Under the pieces are notes generated by a model that was given only the letters and a program-made list of their open reading frames with translations, was not told the origin of the DNA and did no database searches. Below, in pieces: positions 1-9,851 of a stretch of 64,000 nt of DNA. The stretch lies in assembly GCA_963786955.1 (NCBI GenBank), contig CAWBAT010000009.1, forward strand, positions 288,001 through 352,000, given 5' to 3'. A program made the translations under genes and the position numbers. Origin of the DNA: an uncultured Acidimicrobiia bacterium (lineage in GTDB: Bacteria; Acidobacteriota; Terriglobia; Versatilivoradales; Versatilivoraceae). Each line of letters opens with the position of its first letter. The first letter of the stretch is position 1.

Positions 1-1557
1 CTCAAAGCAGATCTGGCCGATAATCCCGGGTTAGTTGAGCGATTCCGCACGGAAGCTAAAACCCAGGCAAACCTCAATCATGTTAATCTCGCCACTCTAT
101 ACGCGTTTCTTGTGGATCAGGGGACAGCGTTCATGGTCATGGAGTTTGTGGAGGGAGAAACCTTCGAGCAGATCATCCGCGCTCGCGGACCTCTTCCTCC
201 GGAGCAGGCATTGCCCTGGTTCAAGCAGGCGCTGCTAGGCATAGGAGCGGCACATCGCATGGGTATTGTACATCGTGACATCAAGCCCAGCAATCTGATG
301 TTGAATAGCAAGGGTATCGTGAAAGTGATGGATTTCGGCATCGCCAAGCTAGTTGGTACGCGTGGAATGACCCGCACCGGCATGCAGCTTGGGACTCCGG
401 CCTATATGGCCCCCGAGCAGATTCAGAACCGAGCCATCGATGTGCGCACCGATATCTATGCGTTGGGAATCACGCTGTACCAGATGTTGAGCGGGCATGT
501 TCCATTTGACAGTAGTAGCGATTTCGACACCATGAACGATCACGTCACTGTTCCGCCGCCACTTCTAAAGCGCATGTATCCTTATGCACCTGTTCAATAC
601 GAAAACGCTGTGATGAAAGCGCTCGAGAAAGACCCGGATAAGCGATACCAGACTGTCGAGGAATTCGAGGCCGCGCTCGAACATCCGGAAAGTGTCCCTG
701 CGCCAATGAGTGCGACGCCTGTTTCGCCTGAAGTCACGCGCACAGTGATCGCACCGGCTTCGCACGAAGCGACTGCACCAGCCCCGGCCGTGCAGCCGCC
801 GATTGCGCCTGCGCCCCCAGCATCGATTCCGCTCTCTCCGGTTGTAGCGGGTCACTCTGTGGCGAAAAAAAGCCGCTGGAATTCGCGAGTTACCGTTGCA
901 GCTGCGGGCGTGGTTGCGGCCATGATCCTTCTGGGAGCCTTAGTGTTTGCCCGGAAGTCAGCCGTCATGGGAGTCTTTCAAGGACATGCATCATTACCAG
1001 GGTCTCTCAATTCGCTGCTCGGCAAGCCGCAGGCGGAGGTAATTTCAGAAGATCGGAGCACCCTACCGAATCCAGGGACACCGGGAGACCCATCCACCAT
1101 CAGTCAAGTGCGGGACGAATCCACGAAAGACATAGGCGAGATCAGGGGCGCTTCGGCGCCATACCGCCCTCCGTCGACTCCCTCCAATATCTCCGATAAA
1201 GAACCCTCATTCGTTCCTCCAGCGCCGGTTCAGACGCCAGATGCGAATGCGCCCATGGATGCACCCTCCGCTACCGGCGGAATGAGCCCGGCGGATGTCG
1301 AGGAACTCGAACATCGGATCGACCAACTTTCAACCCGGGCGGCTGCAATAAACAATAGCCTCGACCGTCTCCAGCGTCAGCAGGAGGCTGCCGGTTATGG
1401 GTTGCGCGGAGACATGGCGGCCGCACAGGCAGCCATGCAAATGAACCTGTCGAAGGCGCAAAGCGCGATGGAACACGGCGATGCCGTCAAAGCGAAAAAA
1501 TACACAGACCTGGCCTCCGCCAGCGCGGGGACTCTCGAACACTTTCTGGGCCGCTAA
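1..1557 (+). CDS. Hanks-type Ser/Thr protein kinase with Pro-rich linker, TM helix and C-terminal helical domain (5' partial)
   Basis: Frame 1 is open from base 1 (LKADLADNPGLVERFRTEA...). Kinase motifs HRDIKPSN, DFG, GTPAYMAPE, DIYALG; hydrophobic segment VAAAGVVAAMILLGALVF. Confidence 0.93.
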   Translation, partial: LKADLADNPGLVERFRTEAKTQANLNHVNLATLYAFLVDQGTAFMVMEFVEGETFEQIIRARGPLPPEQALPWFKQALLGIGAAHRMGIVHRDIKPSNLMLNSKGIVKVMDFGIAKLVGTRGMTRTGMQLGTPAYMAPEQIQNRAIDVRTDIYALGITLYQMLSGHVPFDSSSDFDTMNDHVTVPPPLLKRMYPYAPVQYENAVMKALEKDPDKRYQTVEEFEAALEHPESVPAPMSATPVSPEVTRTVIAPASHEATAPAPAVQPPIAPAPPASIPLSPVVAGHSVAKKSRWNSRVTVAAAGVVAAMILLGALVFARKSAVMGVFQGHASLPGSLNSLLGKPQAEVISEDRSTLPNPGTPGDPSTISQVRDESTKDIGEIRGASAPYRPPSTPSNISDKEPSFVPPAPVQTPDANAPMDAPSATGGMSPADVEELEHRIDQLSTRAAAINNSLDRLQRQQEAAGYGLRGDMAAAQAAMQMNLSKAQSAMEHGDAVKAKKYTDLASASAGTLEHFLGR

Positions 1558-1667
1558 TTTCTAACGAAAAGCGTGGGAATTATTGGGTCACGCGGGATGC
1601 GAATCGGCCGACAAGCTCGTTCCAGTAAACCGCAGAGTGAAACGGATTGCTTGCCCGGTAGCACTTC

Positions 1668-2939
1668 TTATTCGACGTCTATGAACTTGCCGTCTTGGAT
1701 CTTCCAGATGTGAAACTTGGCTTGCTCATTTCGAATTTCCGCACTGAATTTCGCTATCCGTCCGCCCGTCGATAATGGATAGGCTTTCTTAGTTTGAAAC
1801 AACTGTTCAACCACGGCCACTGCAGTGTCGCGGGCGTCCGAGGTCTTATGGATCCGCAGCGTAGATCGGATCCAGTGTGTCAGCCAAGCCCTCTCCTTCC
1901 GCAGCGTGGAATACTGTTTGCTGACATCTTCCAGCAACCGCTCGACGACATTGCGCGCATCTCTCCCAATAGTCTTGAAGCCTTCGTTCCCATTGGCAAA
2001 GTCACTGGCCGGCCAGGGGTAGATTGCATTCACGCCCTCCACATCCGCTCCTCCTTGCTGGATGAGCGATTGGTCCACTGCCGAGTCAGTCAGCAGCACC
2101 ATCGGCATTGGGATCGAGCCGACCCTTGAAAAGGCGCGCAACTGGCGAATGAGAATCAGAGCGTTGGAGGCCGAGCCTGTGAAGAATACGCAGCTTGGCT
2201 TCAGAGCTCGAAACGTCTCAAACGATGGAACACTCTCTTTCCGCGCCCAGAATATGACGTTCCGCCTTTGGTCTTGTACATTTCGGATGAACTCGCTTGC
2301 CAGGTACTTCGAATAGACCGGGTTTTCGTCGTCTTCGATTATCCAAAAAGTTGTGGCTCCCTGCTTCACCGCGAAAGCTGCTGCATCAGCCGCCTGTCTA
2401 TCGTCGGTCGGTGCGATTCGAAGAATAGGCAACACCTCGGTCTGATTGCCACGCTTGGTATACAAATACGGGTTTGTCTCGGAAGCCAGCACAACCGGAA
2501 TCGGGGGTATGGCCTTGCGGAGATAGTTCGGCAAGGCGGCCTTTGTTTGTGTGCTTGACAGATGCCCAACCACCAATAGGATATCATCGGCTCCGCTGAG
2601 TTCGTCTGAGATACTGACGGCCACCTGGGGATCACCCTCGTCATCTCGGGTTACCATCTCGACGGGGACTCCGTCAACCTTGAATTTCGACAAAACGCCT
2701 TTCTCCAGGAAACCTTCCTGGATGAACCTGCCGCCCTCCTGACCGGGGCGGAAGTCGCCGACGAGACAGACTTTGTATGAAGTTGGCCCACTCCACCATT
2801 GCGTGACCGGATTTGCCACGATAATGAAGAGAATCGCGCCGCCGACCGAACTGAGAACGTACTTGACTGCCGCCTTCGAGGCGCTGATGGATTTATGCTT
2901 CAGCGTTTTAGGTCCTTGGGACGACTTCTCCTGCTCCAT
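1668..2939 (-). CDS. Orphan type I periplasmic binding protein (LivJ/LivK-like)
   Basis: N-terminal TM, then RDDEGDPQVA, LLVVGHLSS, ILRIAPTDDRQA typical of branched-chain amino acid binding proteins. No ABC permease nearby. Confidence 0.75.
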   Translation of the reverse strand: MEQEKSSQGPKTLKHKSISASKAAVKYVLSSVGGAILFIIVANPVTQWWSGPTSYKVCLVGDFRPGQEGGRFIQEGFLEKGVLSKFKVDGVPVEMVTRDDEGDPQVAVSISDELSGADDILLVVGHLSSTQTKAALPNYLRKAIPPIPVVLASETNPYLYTKRGNQTEVLPILRIAPTDDRQAADAAAFAVKQGATTFWIIEDDENPVYSKYLASEFIRNVQDQRRNVIFWARKESVPSFETFRALKPSCVFFTGSASNALILIRQLRAFSRVGSIPMPMVLLTDSAVDQSLIQQGGADVEGVNAIYPWPASDFANGNEGFKTIGRDARNVVERLLEDVSKQYSTLRKERAWLTHWIRSTLRIHKTSDARDTAVAVVEQLFQTKKAYPLSTGGRIAKFSAEIRNEQAKFHIWKIQDGKFIDVE

Positions 2940-2973
2940 AAGCTCTCTCCCTCAACGGCGCCCCATCAGGAAT

Positions 2974-3183
2974 TCTGACCATTTTGGCCGTGCTTCGGGT
3001 TCGCCAAAGTAAGCCCTACGAGAATACCTCATTCATTACTGCGAGGAACACAATCGTCAAGGCAAAGTCTAACAACTGTTGTTTCCTCGGAAGACTCAAT
3101 CCCCCGGTGGTGGCCAAGGATGGATTCAATGTTACCAGCGATTGGGAGGGAAGCTCAAGGATTACTACTTCAAGTCTGCCTGA
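2974..3183 (+). pseudogene. C-terminal remnant of an integrase-core (rve) transposase
   Basis: Frame 1 reads *ALREYLIHYCEEHNRQGKV*QLLFP...IQCYQRLGGKLKDYYFKSA*, resembling the HQG...RLGGLLxxY end of rve transposases. In-frame stops at 3010 and 3070. Confidence 0.65.
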
Positions 3184-3423
3184 TCATTCGATCCCACCGG
3201 CTCGAATGCTTCGACGGCGAACGAAAGTCCATCCTCTCTCGGGTTCTCCTGGCCCGTAAGATCCCGGCGCTTCCTGCCGGAACCTTCTTTCAGAAACCGC
3301 CAACTCAAGCTCTTAGGCCTGGATCAGGTTTCATCCCTACAGCCCCCATTGCACATTTGACCTACCGAGTCCATCAAGCGACGATTTCCAACCAGAAAAC
3401 AAGGCGGGAGCCAATTGCAGGTG

Positions 3424-3460
3424 CTCTTCCAATCGTCTCAGTTTCCGGTTACGCCGGAAT
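3424..3460 (+). repeat. Dispersed motif copy 1 (core AGTTTCCGGTTACGC)
   Basis: 34/37 identical to 9691-9727; the 15-bp core also occurs inverted at 16669-16683. Confidence 0.85.
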
Positions 3461-3559
3461 TCCACCATGATCGGTGCCGGGGGTACGGGAGACGGGTACG
3501 AGGAAGCGACTGTGATTTCGCTCACGCCGGCCTGGCCGTTGAAGGCGGGCAATCTGCCG

Positions 3560-3588
3560 TTGCCTCTGCTTATTGTTTGCTATAAAAT
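3560..3588 (+). promoter_or_regulatory. Putative sigma70 promoter upstream of the gene cassette
   Basis: TTGCCT-N17-TAAAAT, about 120 bp upstream of the cassette boundary GTTAGCC. Confidence 0.5.
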
Positions 3589-3769
3589 CCGGCCTCTGGG
3601 GCAATCGTTCTCTCAGTCACCGGCGCGGTCGACGAGCTTTGAAAGAGCCCTGCGGGATAACACTCTTGGAAATAGGCCGCAAGAAGTACATCTAAAAACG
3701 ATACTTTGTTAGCCGATCTACAGAGCAATCGTTCCGAGGATTTCAACCCAATCGATGAGGAGGATGCCG

Positions 3770-4084
3770 ATGAAGTACATGATCAGCTGGTTCGAACGTC
3801 CGCAAGGCTCACCCGCGGAGTACGAGAATGCCCAGAAGCGGATACTGGAGGTTTTCACTCAATGGAAGGCGCCCGCCAATTTCAAGATCGAGTTGTTTGT
3901 GGTGCGAGTGGGTGAGTGGGGTGGGCATATGTTGGTGGACTGCGACGATCCAGTAGCGGTTCACAAGGTATGCTCGACCTTCCCTGCATTTGAGTTCCAG
4001 GCACGACCCGTAATTGCAGTCGAGGACGCTGTCCGGGTCGAACTCGAAGCGATTGCCTGGCGCGACGGGCTGAAGCGCAACTGA
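3770..4084 (+). CDS. DUF3303-family small protein
   Basis: MKYMISWFERP...GGHMLVDCDDP...FEFQARPV pattern; RBS GAGGAGG before ATG 3770. Confidence 0.75.
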   Translation: MKYMISWFERPQGSPAEYENAQKRILEVFTQWKAPANFKIELFVVRVGEWGGHMLVDCDDPVAVHKVCSTFPAFEFQARPVIAVEDAVRVELEAIAWRDGLKRN

Positions 4085-4161
4085 CATCCGAGGGAATCAC
4101 ATCGCAATTACTTCGTGTGAACCGGGGACACCCTCGGTCCAACGAAGACCTGCAACAAAGC

Positions 4162-4246
4162 GGCTAACACGCAAATGAAGCCGATGCGCCAAACTCCCAT
4201 GCACGACCCTGCCGCAGTGGCGCGCCGCTCATTTGCAATGTTAGGC
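4162..4246 (+). other. attC recombination site (85 bp)
   Basis: GGCTAAC ... GCAAATGAAGC ... GCGCCA / TGGCGC ... GCTCATTTGC ... GTTAGGC: R''/L''/L'/R' hairpin with an extrahelical base. Confidence 0.85.
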
Positions 4247-4270
4247 TGTCATACATGACTAAACTCGTTA

Positions 4271-5892
4271 TTAACGACCACGGCCACCGTGGAAACTGCC
4301 GCCCGAGCGGGTCGAGCCTCCACCGCTAAAAGAGGGGCTGGAATGGGATCCGCCTCCTGCTGAGTATGACGGGCTGGAGCGATAGCTGGGAACAGAATGG
4401 TTTCCGCCGTAGCCTCCGCTGTAGGAAGGACTCGTGCGGTATCCGCTGCTGCTGCCATAGGACGGGCTGGAGCGATAGCTGGGAACGGAACGGTTTCCGC
4501 CGTAGCCTCCGCTGTAGGAAGGACTCGTGCGGTATCCGCTGCTGCTGCCATAGGACGGGCTGGAGCGATAGCTGGGAACGGTACGGTTTCCGCCGTAGCC
4601 TCCGCTGTAGGAAGGACTCGTGCGGTATCCGCTGCTGCTGCCATGGACGGGCTGGAGCGATAGCTGGGAACGGAACGGTTTCCGCCGTAGCCTCCGCTGT
4701 AGGAAGGACTCGTGCGGTATCCGCTGCTGCTGCCATTGGACGGGTTGGATTGAAAGCGGGAAACGGAACGGTTTCCGCTGTCGCCTCCGCTGTAGGAAGG
4801 ACTCGTTCGGTATCCGCTATTTCGATTATGGGCTGAAGTAGAGCTGGTGCTGGGTTGCGCATCTTGGCTGGTAGGCCCCGACTGGTTAAAATGACGCCAG
4901 TTGCCGGCTTGCGCCGCATTGGCTCGGGGCGACGTGTTGGACTGCCCAGACGTATAGGATTGCCCGCCAAACCGCGAGTAACTGGATCCTCCTCGCGCCG
5001 TTGAAACTCCGCCGTAGCGTTGATTGAGCGTACTATTCGGATAGTGGACTCCCTGCCGATGGCCAGGATCATGAGTCCAGCTACCGCCATTTCCATATCC
5101 GTGTCCGCCGTAACCATAATGATTGAAAAAGTTATTGTTCTGATAAATTGAGCAATGATACCAGTTTGACCCCCACCCCCAACCGCCCCAATAAAGGCCC
5201 CCGAAAAATCCTCCAATATAAATGCCAGGACCGAATCCAAATCCATAGCCGTAATACGGGTAATCCCAAGCGGGATAATAACCGTAGCTAGGCGGTCCCC
5301 AGATATACGCAGGATTGTAGTAAGGGACGTAGACCACCTCAGGGTTAGCGGGTTGGATCTCAATCACCGATCGGTCCCCTTGCTTCTCGGTGGTGACGGT
5401 TGCCTGCGTGTTGGATTCCAGTTTGCCAGCCGCCAAGGCTTGGGCCCGCATCCGCTGCACGGCATTCATTACATCGGCTTGTTGTGAGAGGAATGCGTTG
5501 CCGAGATCGGTGGTCCAGCGGATGTCTGCGTTCAAGCGTTTGATCACATCGGGAAAAACCACGAGGGCCTGGATACTGGGATCCCAATTCTGTTGGCGCG
5601 CCGCATCCACCAGTTTGGAGCCCTGAAGATTGCTATTTTGCTTGAGCCACTGCCCCACCTCGACGATCTCCAGTGGATAGGTCGCCGCGACCAGGACTTG
5701 GCTAAGCAAAGCATCCGGGTATAACGCAACGGGCGCAACCAGAGTGTTTAACTGTTCCGCTGAGAGGGGTTGTTCGGGAGATTGCTCGGGAGGCGCAGGC
5801 TGCTGCGCAAACGCAACGCCGCAAGCCAGAACTGAACCCATAACCAGACAAGATGCTTGAAGAATAATCCACTGAACTTTGATCGTCTTCAT
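4271..5892 (-). CDS. DUF3300-domain secreted protein with Ser/Gly/Tyr/Arg-rich repeat tail (1-bp frameshift near 4645)
   Basis: Signal peptide; LVAPVALYPDALLSQVLVAATYP, WDPSIQAL, PEVVYVPYYNP. Restoring one A in the 92-bp repeat unit keeps the SYRSSPSYG frame to a stop at 4271 (...SFHGGRGR*). Confidence 0.88.
4368..4820. repeat. Coding tandem repeat, 93-bp unit, about 4.8 copies
   Basis: Units start at 4371, 4464, 4557, 4649, 4742 (spacing 93, 93, 92, 93). Confidence 0.95.
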
Positions 5893-6142
5893 GATCCACC
5901 TCTATTATGTATCATAGCACGCTTTTTCCCAGTGCAAACTACGTGCCGAATCGCGCAAGCTAAAATGCAAGTCTGAGGATATTCGTCGCGCAAACTAAAA
6001 TATAAGCCTAATTGAAAGGGGAAAGAGAGGGCCGAAAAAGAGGGTCAACCCTTACAAAGTTAAATAATTGCTTTTTCATTTCCCCGCGTGCAGACGCGCG
6101 TCGTGCTCTCCCGGGAGGAAGAGTTCATCGGCAGAGTTCATT

Positions 6143-6168
6143 GTAGCGACAGGCCTCCCGGCCTGTCG
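6143..6168 (+). repeat. GTAG-family REP-like palindrome
   Basis: GTAG-CGACAGGC-ctcccg-GCCTGTCG, intergenic. Confidence 0.6.
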
Positions 6169-6270
6169 GGCATTAGTCTCGCAGGAGTTCGACCTTTCAT
6201 GAGGGCGAATGCCTGGAGGGCAATGGTCTGTGACACCGGCTTGTTATCGATTGTTGGGGGGGGATAAAAT

Positions 6271-6315
6271 TGGCTCCTCATGTAGGACTCGAACCTACAA
6301 CCCTGCTGCTAACAG
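6271..6315 (-). repeat. att site: displaced copy of the tRNA-Asn 3' half
   Basis: 41/45 identical to 16942-16986, running from CCA to the anticodon loop. Confidence 0.92.
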
Positions 6316-6529
6316 TTACTTACGCCTTTCCGGTGGATTCCGGTTAGTTTCTCCTGTTCACGAAAGCCCCGTCAGTCAAGGGTTCCGCGGAACCCTGAAA
6401 TCATCCACTTCTCAAGATTGATGGGGTTTTCGGATTTTTCCGCTTGGTTTGTTGAACATTGTTAGAACATCCAACAGGTAGGCGGCCGGTATAGCCAAAA
6501 CCCCCTCGGACACGGAACCGAAAGACTAA

Positions 6530-6982
6530 ATGAAATTTATGGATATAACCGAGCACACCAAGAAACAGGGTCTTTACCGGCCGTTCCCGAACGATACCAT
6601 CAGCGTTATGCACGATGGACAAGCAGCGAAAATCAGTCTCTACGGCATTGACGCGCCTGAAAAAGGGCAAGCTTTCGGTAATCGAGCTAGACAATTTGTC
6701 TCCGCGTTGGAATTCGGGAAAGAGGTCAAAGTCGAAGTCAAATACCGGGATCGTTACGGGCGGACAGTTGCTAATGTGATCTTGCCAGATGAAAGAAACA
6801 TGAATCGAGAAATCGTGAAAGTGGGCTTTGCGTGGTGGTTCAGGAAGTACGCGCCAAAAGACAAAGTGCTAGAGGGGTTGGAATCTGAGGCGCGGGCAGC
6901 TAAACGTGGATTGTGGGCAGATCGAGAGCCAGTACCGCCGTGGGACTATCGCGCACTGATGAGGCAGGGGCAATCTCGATGA
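6530..6982 (+). CDS. Thermonuclease (SNase) family protein, probably truncated or degenerate
   Basis: LYGIDAPE, DRYGRTVA, EARAAKRGLWA, PPWDYR. The usual DGDT reads PNDT, IRL reads ISL, and there is no signal peptide. Confidence 0.8.
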   Translation: MKFMDITEHTKKQGLYRPFPNDTISVMHDGQAAKISLYGIDAPEKGQAFGNRARQFVSALEFGKEVKVEVKYRDRYGRTVANVILPDERNMNREIVKVGFAWWFRKYAPKDKVLEGLESEARAAKRGLWADREPVPPWDYRALMRQGQSR

Positions 6983-7081
6983 AGTTTGTGAAGAGAACTC
7001 ACACGTCTCTTGTGCCGAAGAGAGTATTATTGGTATCAAGGTTGACAGGTCAATGTGGCCAGTTCACAAGGAGGAACTAGG

Positions 7082-8845
7082 ATGAAAGGGTTGAAGCACT
7101 CACTTCTGAAACAGAGGCGAAGTTTGATTCCGTGCCTCTTTGTGAGTATCTCGTGTTTGCTTATCCCTTCGATATTGGCAGCAGATTTCGATTCTGGATT
7201 ACGGGCATACAAAAAAGGTGACTACGCAACTGCACTGAAAGAGTTGCGACCTCTTGCTGAGCAAGGTCAGGCTGATGCACAGTTCTTCCTCGGCTTGATG
7301 TATGCAAGCGGTCAAGGTGTTCCGCAGGACTACAAGGAAGCCGTGAAATGGTACAGCCTTGCGGCTGAAAAAGGTCAGGCTGATGCACAGTTCTTCCTCG
7401 GCGGGATGTATGATAAGGGGGAAGGTGTTCCGCAGGACTACAAGGAAGCCGTCAAATGGTATCGACTGGCTGCAGGGCAAGGTGACAGCGATGCACAGTT
7501 CTTCCTCGGCTTGATGTATGAATACGGTCAAGGTGTTCCGCAGGACTACAAGGAAGCCGTGAAATGGTATCGGCTGGCTGCCACGCATGGTTATGGTGCT
7601 GCCCAAAACCGCCTCGGCGTGATGTACGAATTCGGTAAAGGTGTTCCGCAGGACGACAAGCAAGCCGTCAAATGGTATCGACTGGCTGCCGAGCAAGGGA
7701 AGCGTGAAGCCCAATTCAACCTCGGTTTAATGTATGAAATGGGTCAAGGTGTTCCTCAGGACGAAAAGCAAGCCGTTAAATGGTACCGAAAGGCTGCCGA
7801 ACAAGGCAACAGTGAGGCCCAATATTTCCTCGGTCATATGTATATGAAAGGTCGAGGAGTGCCTCAAGACGACAAGCAAGCCGTCAAATGGTATCGACTG
7901 GCTGCCGAGCAAGGGAAGCGTGAAGCCCAATTCAACCTCGGTTTAATGTATAAAATGGGTCAAGGTGTTCCTCAGGACTATGTTCAGGCACATATGTGGG
8001 TCAACTTGGCAAGTGCAAATGGCGACGTTGAGACTGTAAAATTTCGGGATAGGCTTGCGGAAGAGATGACTCCCCAACAACTGGCCGAAGCTCAGCGTTT
8101 GGCTGGGCAATGGAAAAAGAAGTCGGCTCCAGCTCCTTCCCAGCCAACGCTGCCAGACAATGAACCCAAAACTTCGCCTCGTGTTGTTTCCTCTGGAACG
8201 GGTTTTGTCTGCGGTGATGATTTGATTGCGACGAACTACCATGTCATTCGAGATGGTTCAACTTGGGAGATTAACTTTCCGACTTCTGGAAGGACATACC
8301 AATTACAATTGGTGACAGCAGATAAGACCAATGATCTTGCCGTTCTGAAGTTGATACATGGAGGGTCAGGCGAATCAAATAAACAGAAGCCACTACAGAT
8401 CACAGCTTTTTCTCAAGAGAAGATCGGCGAGGAACTCTACACAATTGGTTTCCCCTTGGGTGATATTTTGGGAAGCAGCCACAAAGTTGCAGCCGGTTTG
8501 CTGAGTTCTACATCTGGAATTGATAATGATCCAAGAATGTTTCAAATCTCAGTACCCATTCAGCCAGGAAATAGCGGTGGGCCAATATTCAATAGTAAAG
8601 GAGAAGTGATAGGTATTCTCGTTTCCACATTAAGTGCTAAATATCTTTTCCAATCCCAACGACACATCCCCCAAAACGTCAATTTCGCTATCAAGAGCGA
8701 CTATCTTCTGGCACTGATTCCGCAAAGATCACTCGATCTGAAGGTTCAGACAGGAAATCTTTCCAATTTGTCACGGGTCGATCAAGTGGAGGCTTTGAGA
8801 GACAGTATTGGCCAAGTTAAAACAGTTAGTGGGAGTATCAAGTAG
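7082..8845 (+). CDS. Secreted Sel1-repeat protein fused to a trypsin-like serine protease
   Basis: Signal peptide, seven AQxxLGxMYxxGxGVPQD repeats; SGTGF, TNYHV, NDLAVL, PGNSGGP give the catalytic triad. Confidence 0.92.
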   Translation: MKGLKHSLLKQRRSLIPCLFVSISCLLIPSILAADFDSGLRAYKKGDYATALKELRPLAEQGQADAQFFLGLMYASGQGVPQDYKEAVKWYSLAAEKGQADAQFFLGGMYDKGEGVPQDYKEAVKWYRLAAGQGDSDAQFFLGLMYEYGQGVPQDYKEAVKWYRLAATHGYGAAQNRLGVMYEFGKGVPQDDKQAVKWYRLAAEQGKREAQFNLGLMYEMGQGVPQDEKQAVKWYRKAAEQGNSEAQYFLGHMYMKGRGVPQDDKQAVKWYRLAAEQGKREAQFNLGLMYKMGQGVPQDYVQAHMWVNLASANGDVETVKFRDRLAEEMTPQQLAEAQRLAGQWKKKSAPAPSQPTLPDNEPKTSPRVVSSGTGFVCGDDLIATNYHVIRDGSTWEINFPTSGRTYQLQLVTADKTNDLAVLKLIHGGSGESNKQKPLQITAFSQEKIGEELYTIGFPLGDILGSSHKVAAGLLSSTSGIDNDPRMFQISVPIQPGNSGGPIFNSKGEVIGILVSTLSAKYLFQSQRHIPQNVNFAIKSDYLLALIPQRSLDLKVQTGNLSNLSRVDQVEALRDSIGQVKTVSGSIK

Positions 8846-8919
8846 GGCTTGGCACCGAGTATTAGCGGAATTCAGGCAGCGAACAACTCCATTAACAATT
8901 AGCACCTGCAGAGGCTCGG

Positions 8920-9525
8920 GTGATGTTCTTGGTTGATGCCATGACGGGTCTAAGGCGCGGAGAGATGCTGGCACTCGGATGGTCAGACTTGGACTGGTTG
9001 AGTCGGGAAGTCTTGGTCGAGCGAGCAATCATCAAGGTCAAGGCAGACGATGGGGCTCACAAATACGACTATGTTGTCGGGACTACCAAGAGTGGTAAGA
9101 GCAGGAGGGTCGGGCTAGCATCAATCGTGATTCAATCTCTCCGAACACTCCGGGAAATGACGGATCCTGTCAGCGATGAGGATTTCATCTTCACAAGAAG
9201 CGGGACATTCATTGATCCGGAATATTTTAGCAAGTGGATAGCCCTGCCCTTGGTCAAGGGTGCTGGCATCGGAAGGTTTCATGACATTCGGGACTTCTTT
9301 GTTTCCATGCTCATCCAGCAGGGTGAGTCTGCAAAGTACATTCAAGACCAGGTGGGGCATGCTTCGAACAACACCACGTTCGATATTTACGGACACTTGA
9401 TGCCGCAGGCAAAACAAGAAGCCACGGCGAAGTTGGAGCAATCCATATTCGGCGAAGAAAAGTCGACTGCTAGAACGTTGCTAGAACATAAGCCGGAAGA
9501 AGCGCAACAGGCGAGGGTCAATTGA
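8920..9525 (+). pseudogene. Tyrosine recombinase/integrase, C-terminal catalytic part only
   Basis: TGLRRGEMLALGWSD, RFHDIRD, QVGHASNNTTFDIYGH; N-terminal domains absent. Confidence 0.85.
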
Positions 9526-9690
9526 GGACGGGATTTATTGAAAAGATTGGCTTTAAATTGGCTCCCCTTCGTGGACGCATACCGGAACTTCTGGGCAGCG
9601 GAGTCTGCCGAAATGGCAGGCCTTCTAAGTGGCCTTGCGGAGCTCAGCTCATTTGACCTGGGAATCTAGGCCGGAACCACCTATGGCGGA

Positions 9691-9727
9691 CTATTCCCAT
9701 CGTCTCAGTTTCCGGTTACGCCGTAAT
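9691..9727 (+). repeat. Dispersed motif copy 2 (dif-like)
   Basis: 34/37 identical to 3424-3460; continues as TTTCCGGTTAC-GCCGTA-ATACGTCAACT. Confidence 0.85.
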
Positions 9728-9851
9728 ACGTCAACTTGACTTGGTTTTGGTAATCACTAGCCGACAAGGCAGGATCTATCCAAGTATGTCCGCGCAAAAA
9801 CTGAGCACAAACTGGAGGTGAATCCAAAATCGCGTTCCGAAGTGACTGGCC

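Larger units (their letters stand above)
3708..4246 (+). mobile_element. Integron gene cassette (DUF3303 gene plus attC); no intI recognised in the window
   Basis: Starts at GTTAGCC (3708-3714), the exact complement of the attC R'' GGCTAAC (4162-4168). Ends at GTTAGGC (4240-4246). Confidence 0.8.

Noticed and set aside
3337-3552. Minus-strand ORF as an intI N-terminus
   Set aside because: The position fits, but there is no IntI motif (no LLDQVR or HYSxRTE).
4368-4820. Possible CRISPR array
   Set aside because: Contiguous 93-bp units with no unique spacers, inside a CDS, and no cas genes.
4326-5363. 345-aa alternative-frame ORF
   Set aside because: Overlaps DUF3300 on the same strand and is open because of low-complexity repeats.
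6271-6345. Second tRNA gene
   Set aside because: Only the 3' 45 nt match; no D-arm or 5' acceptor strand.
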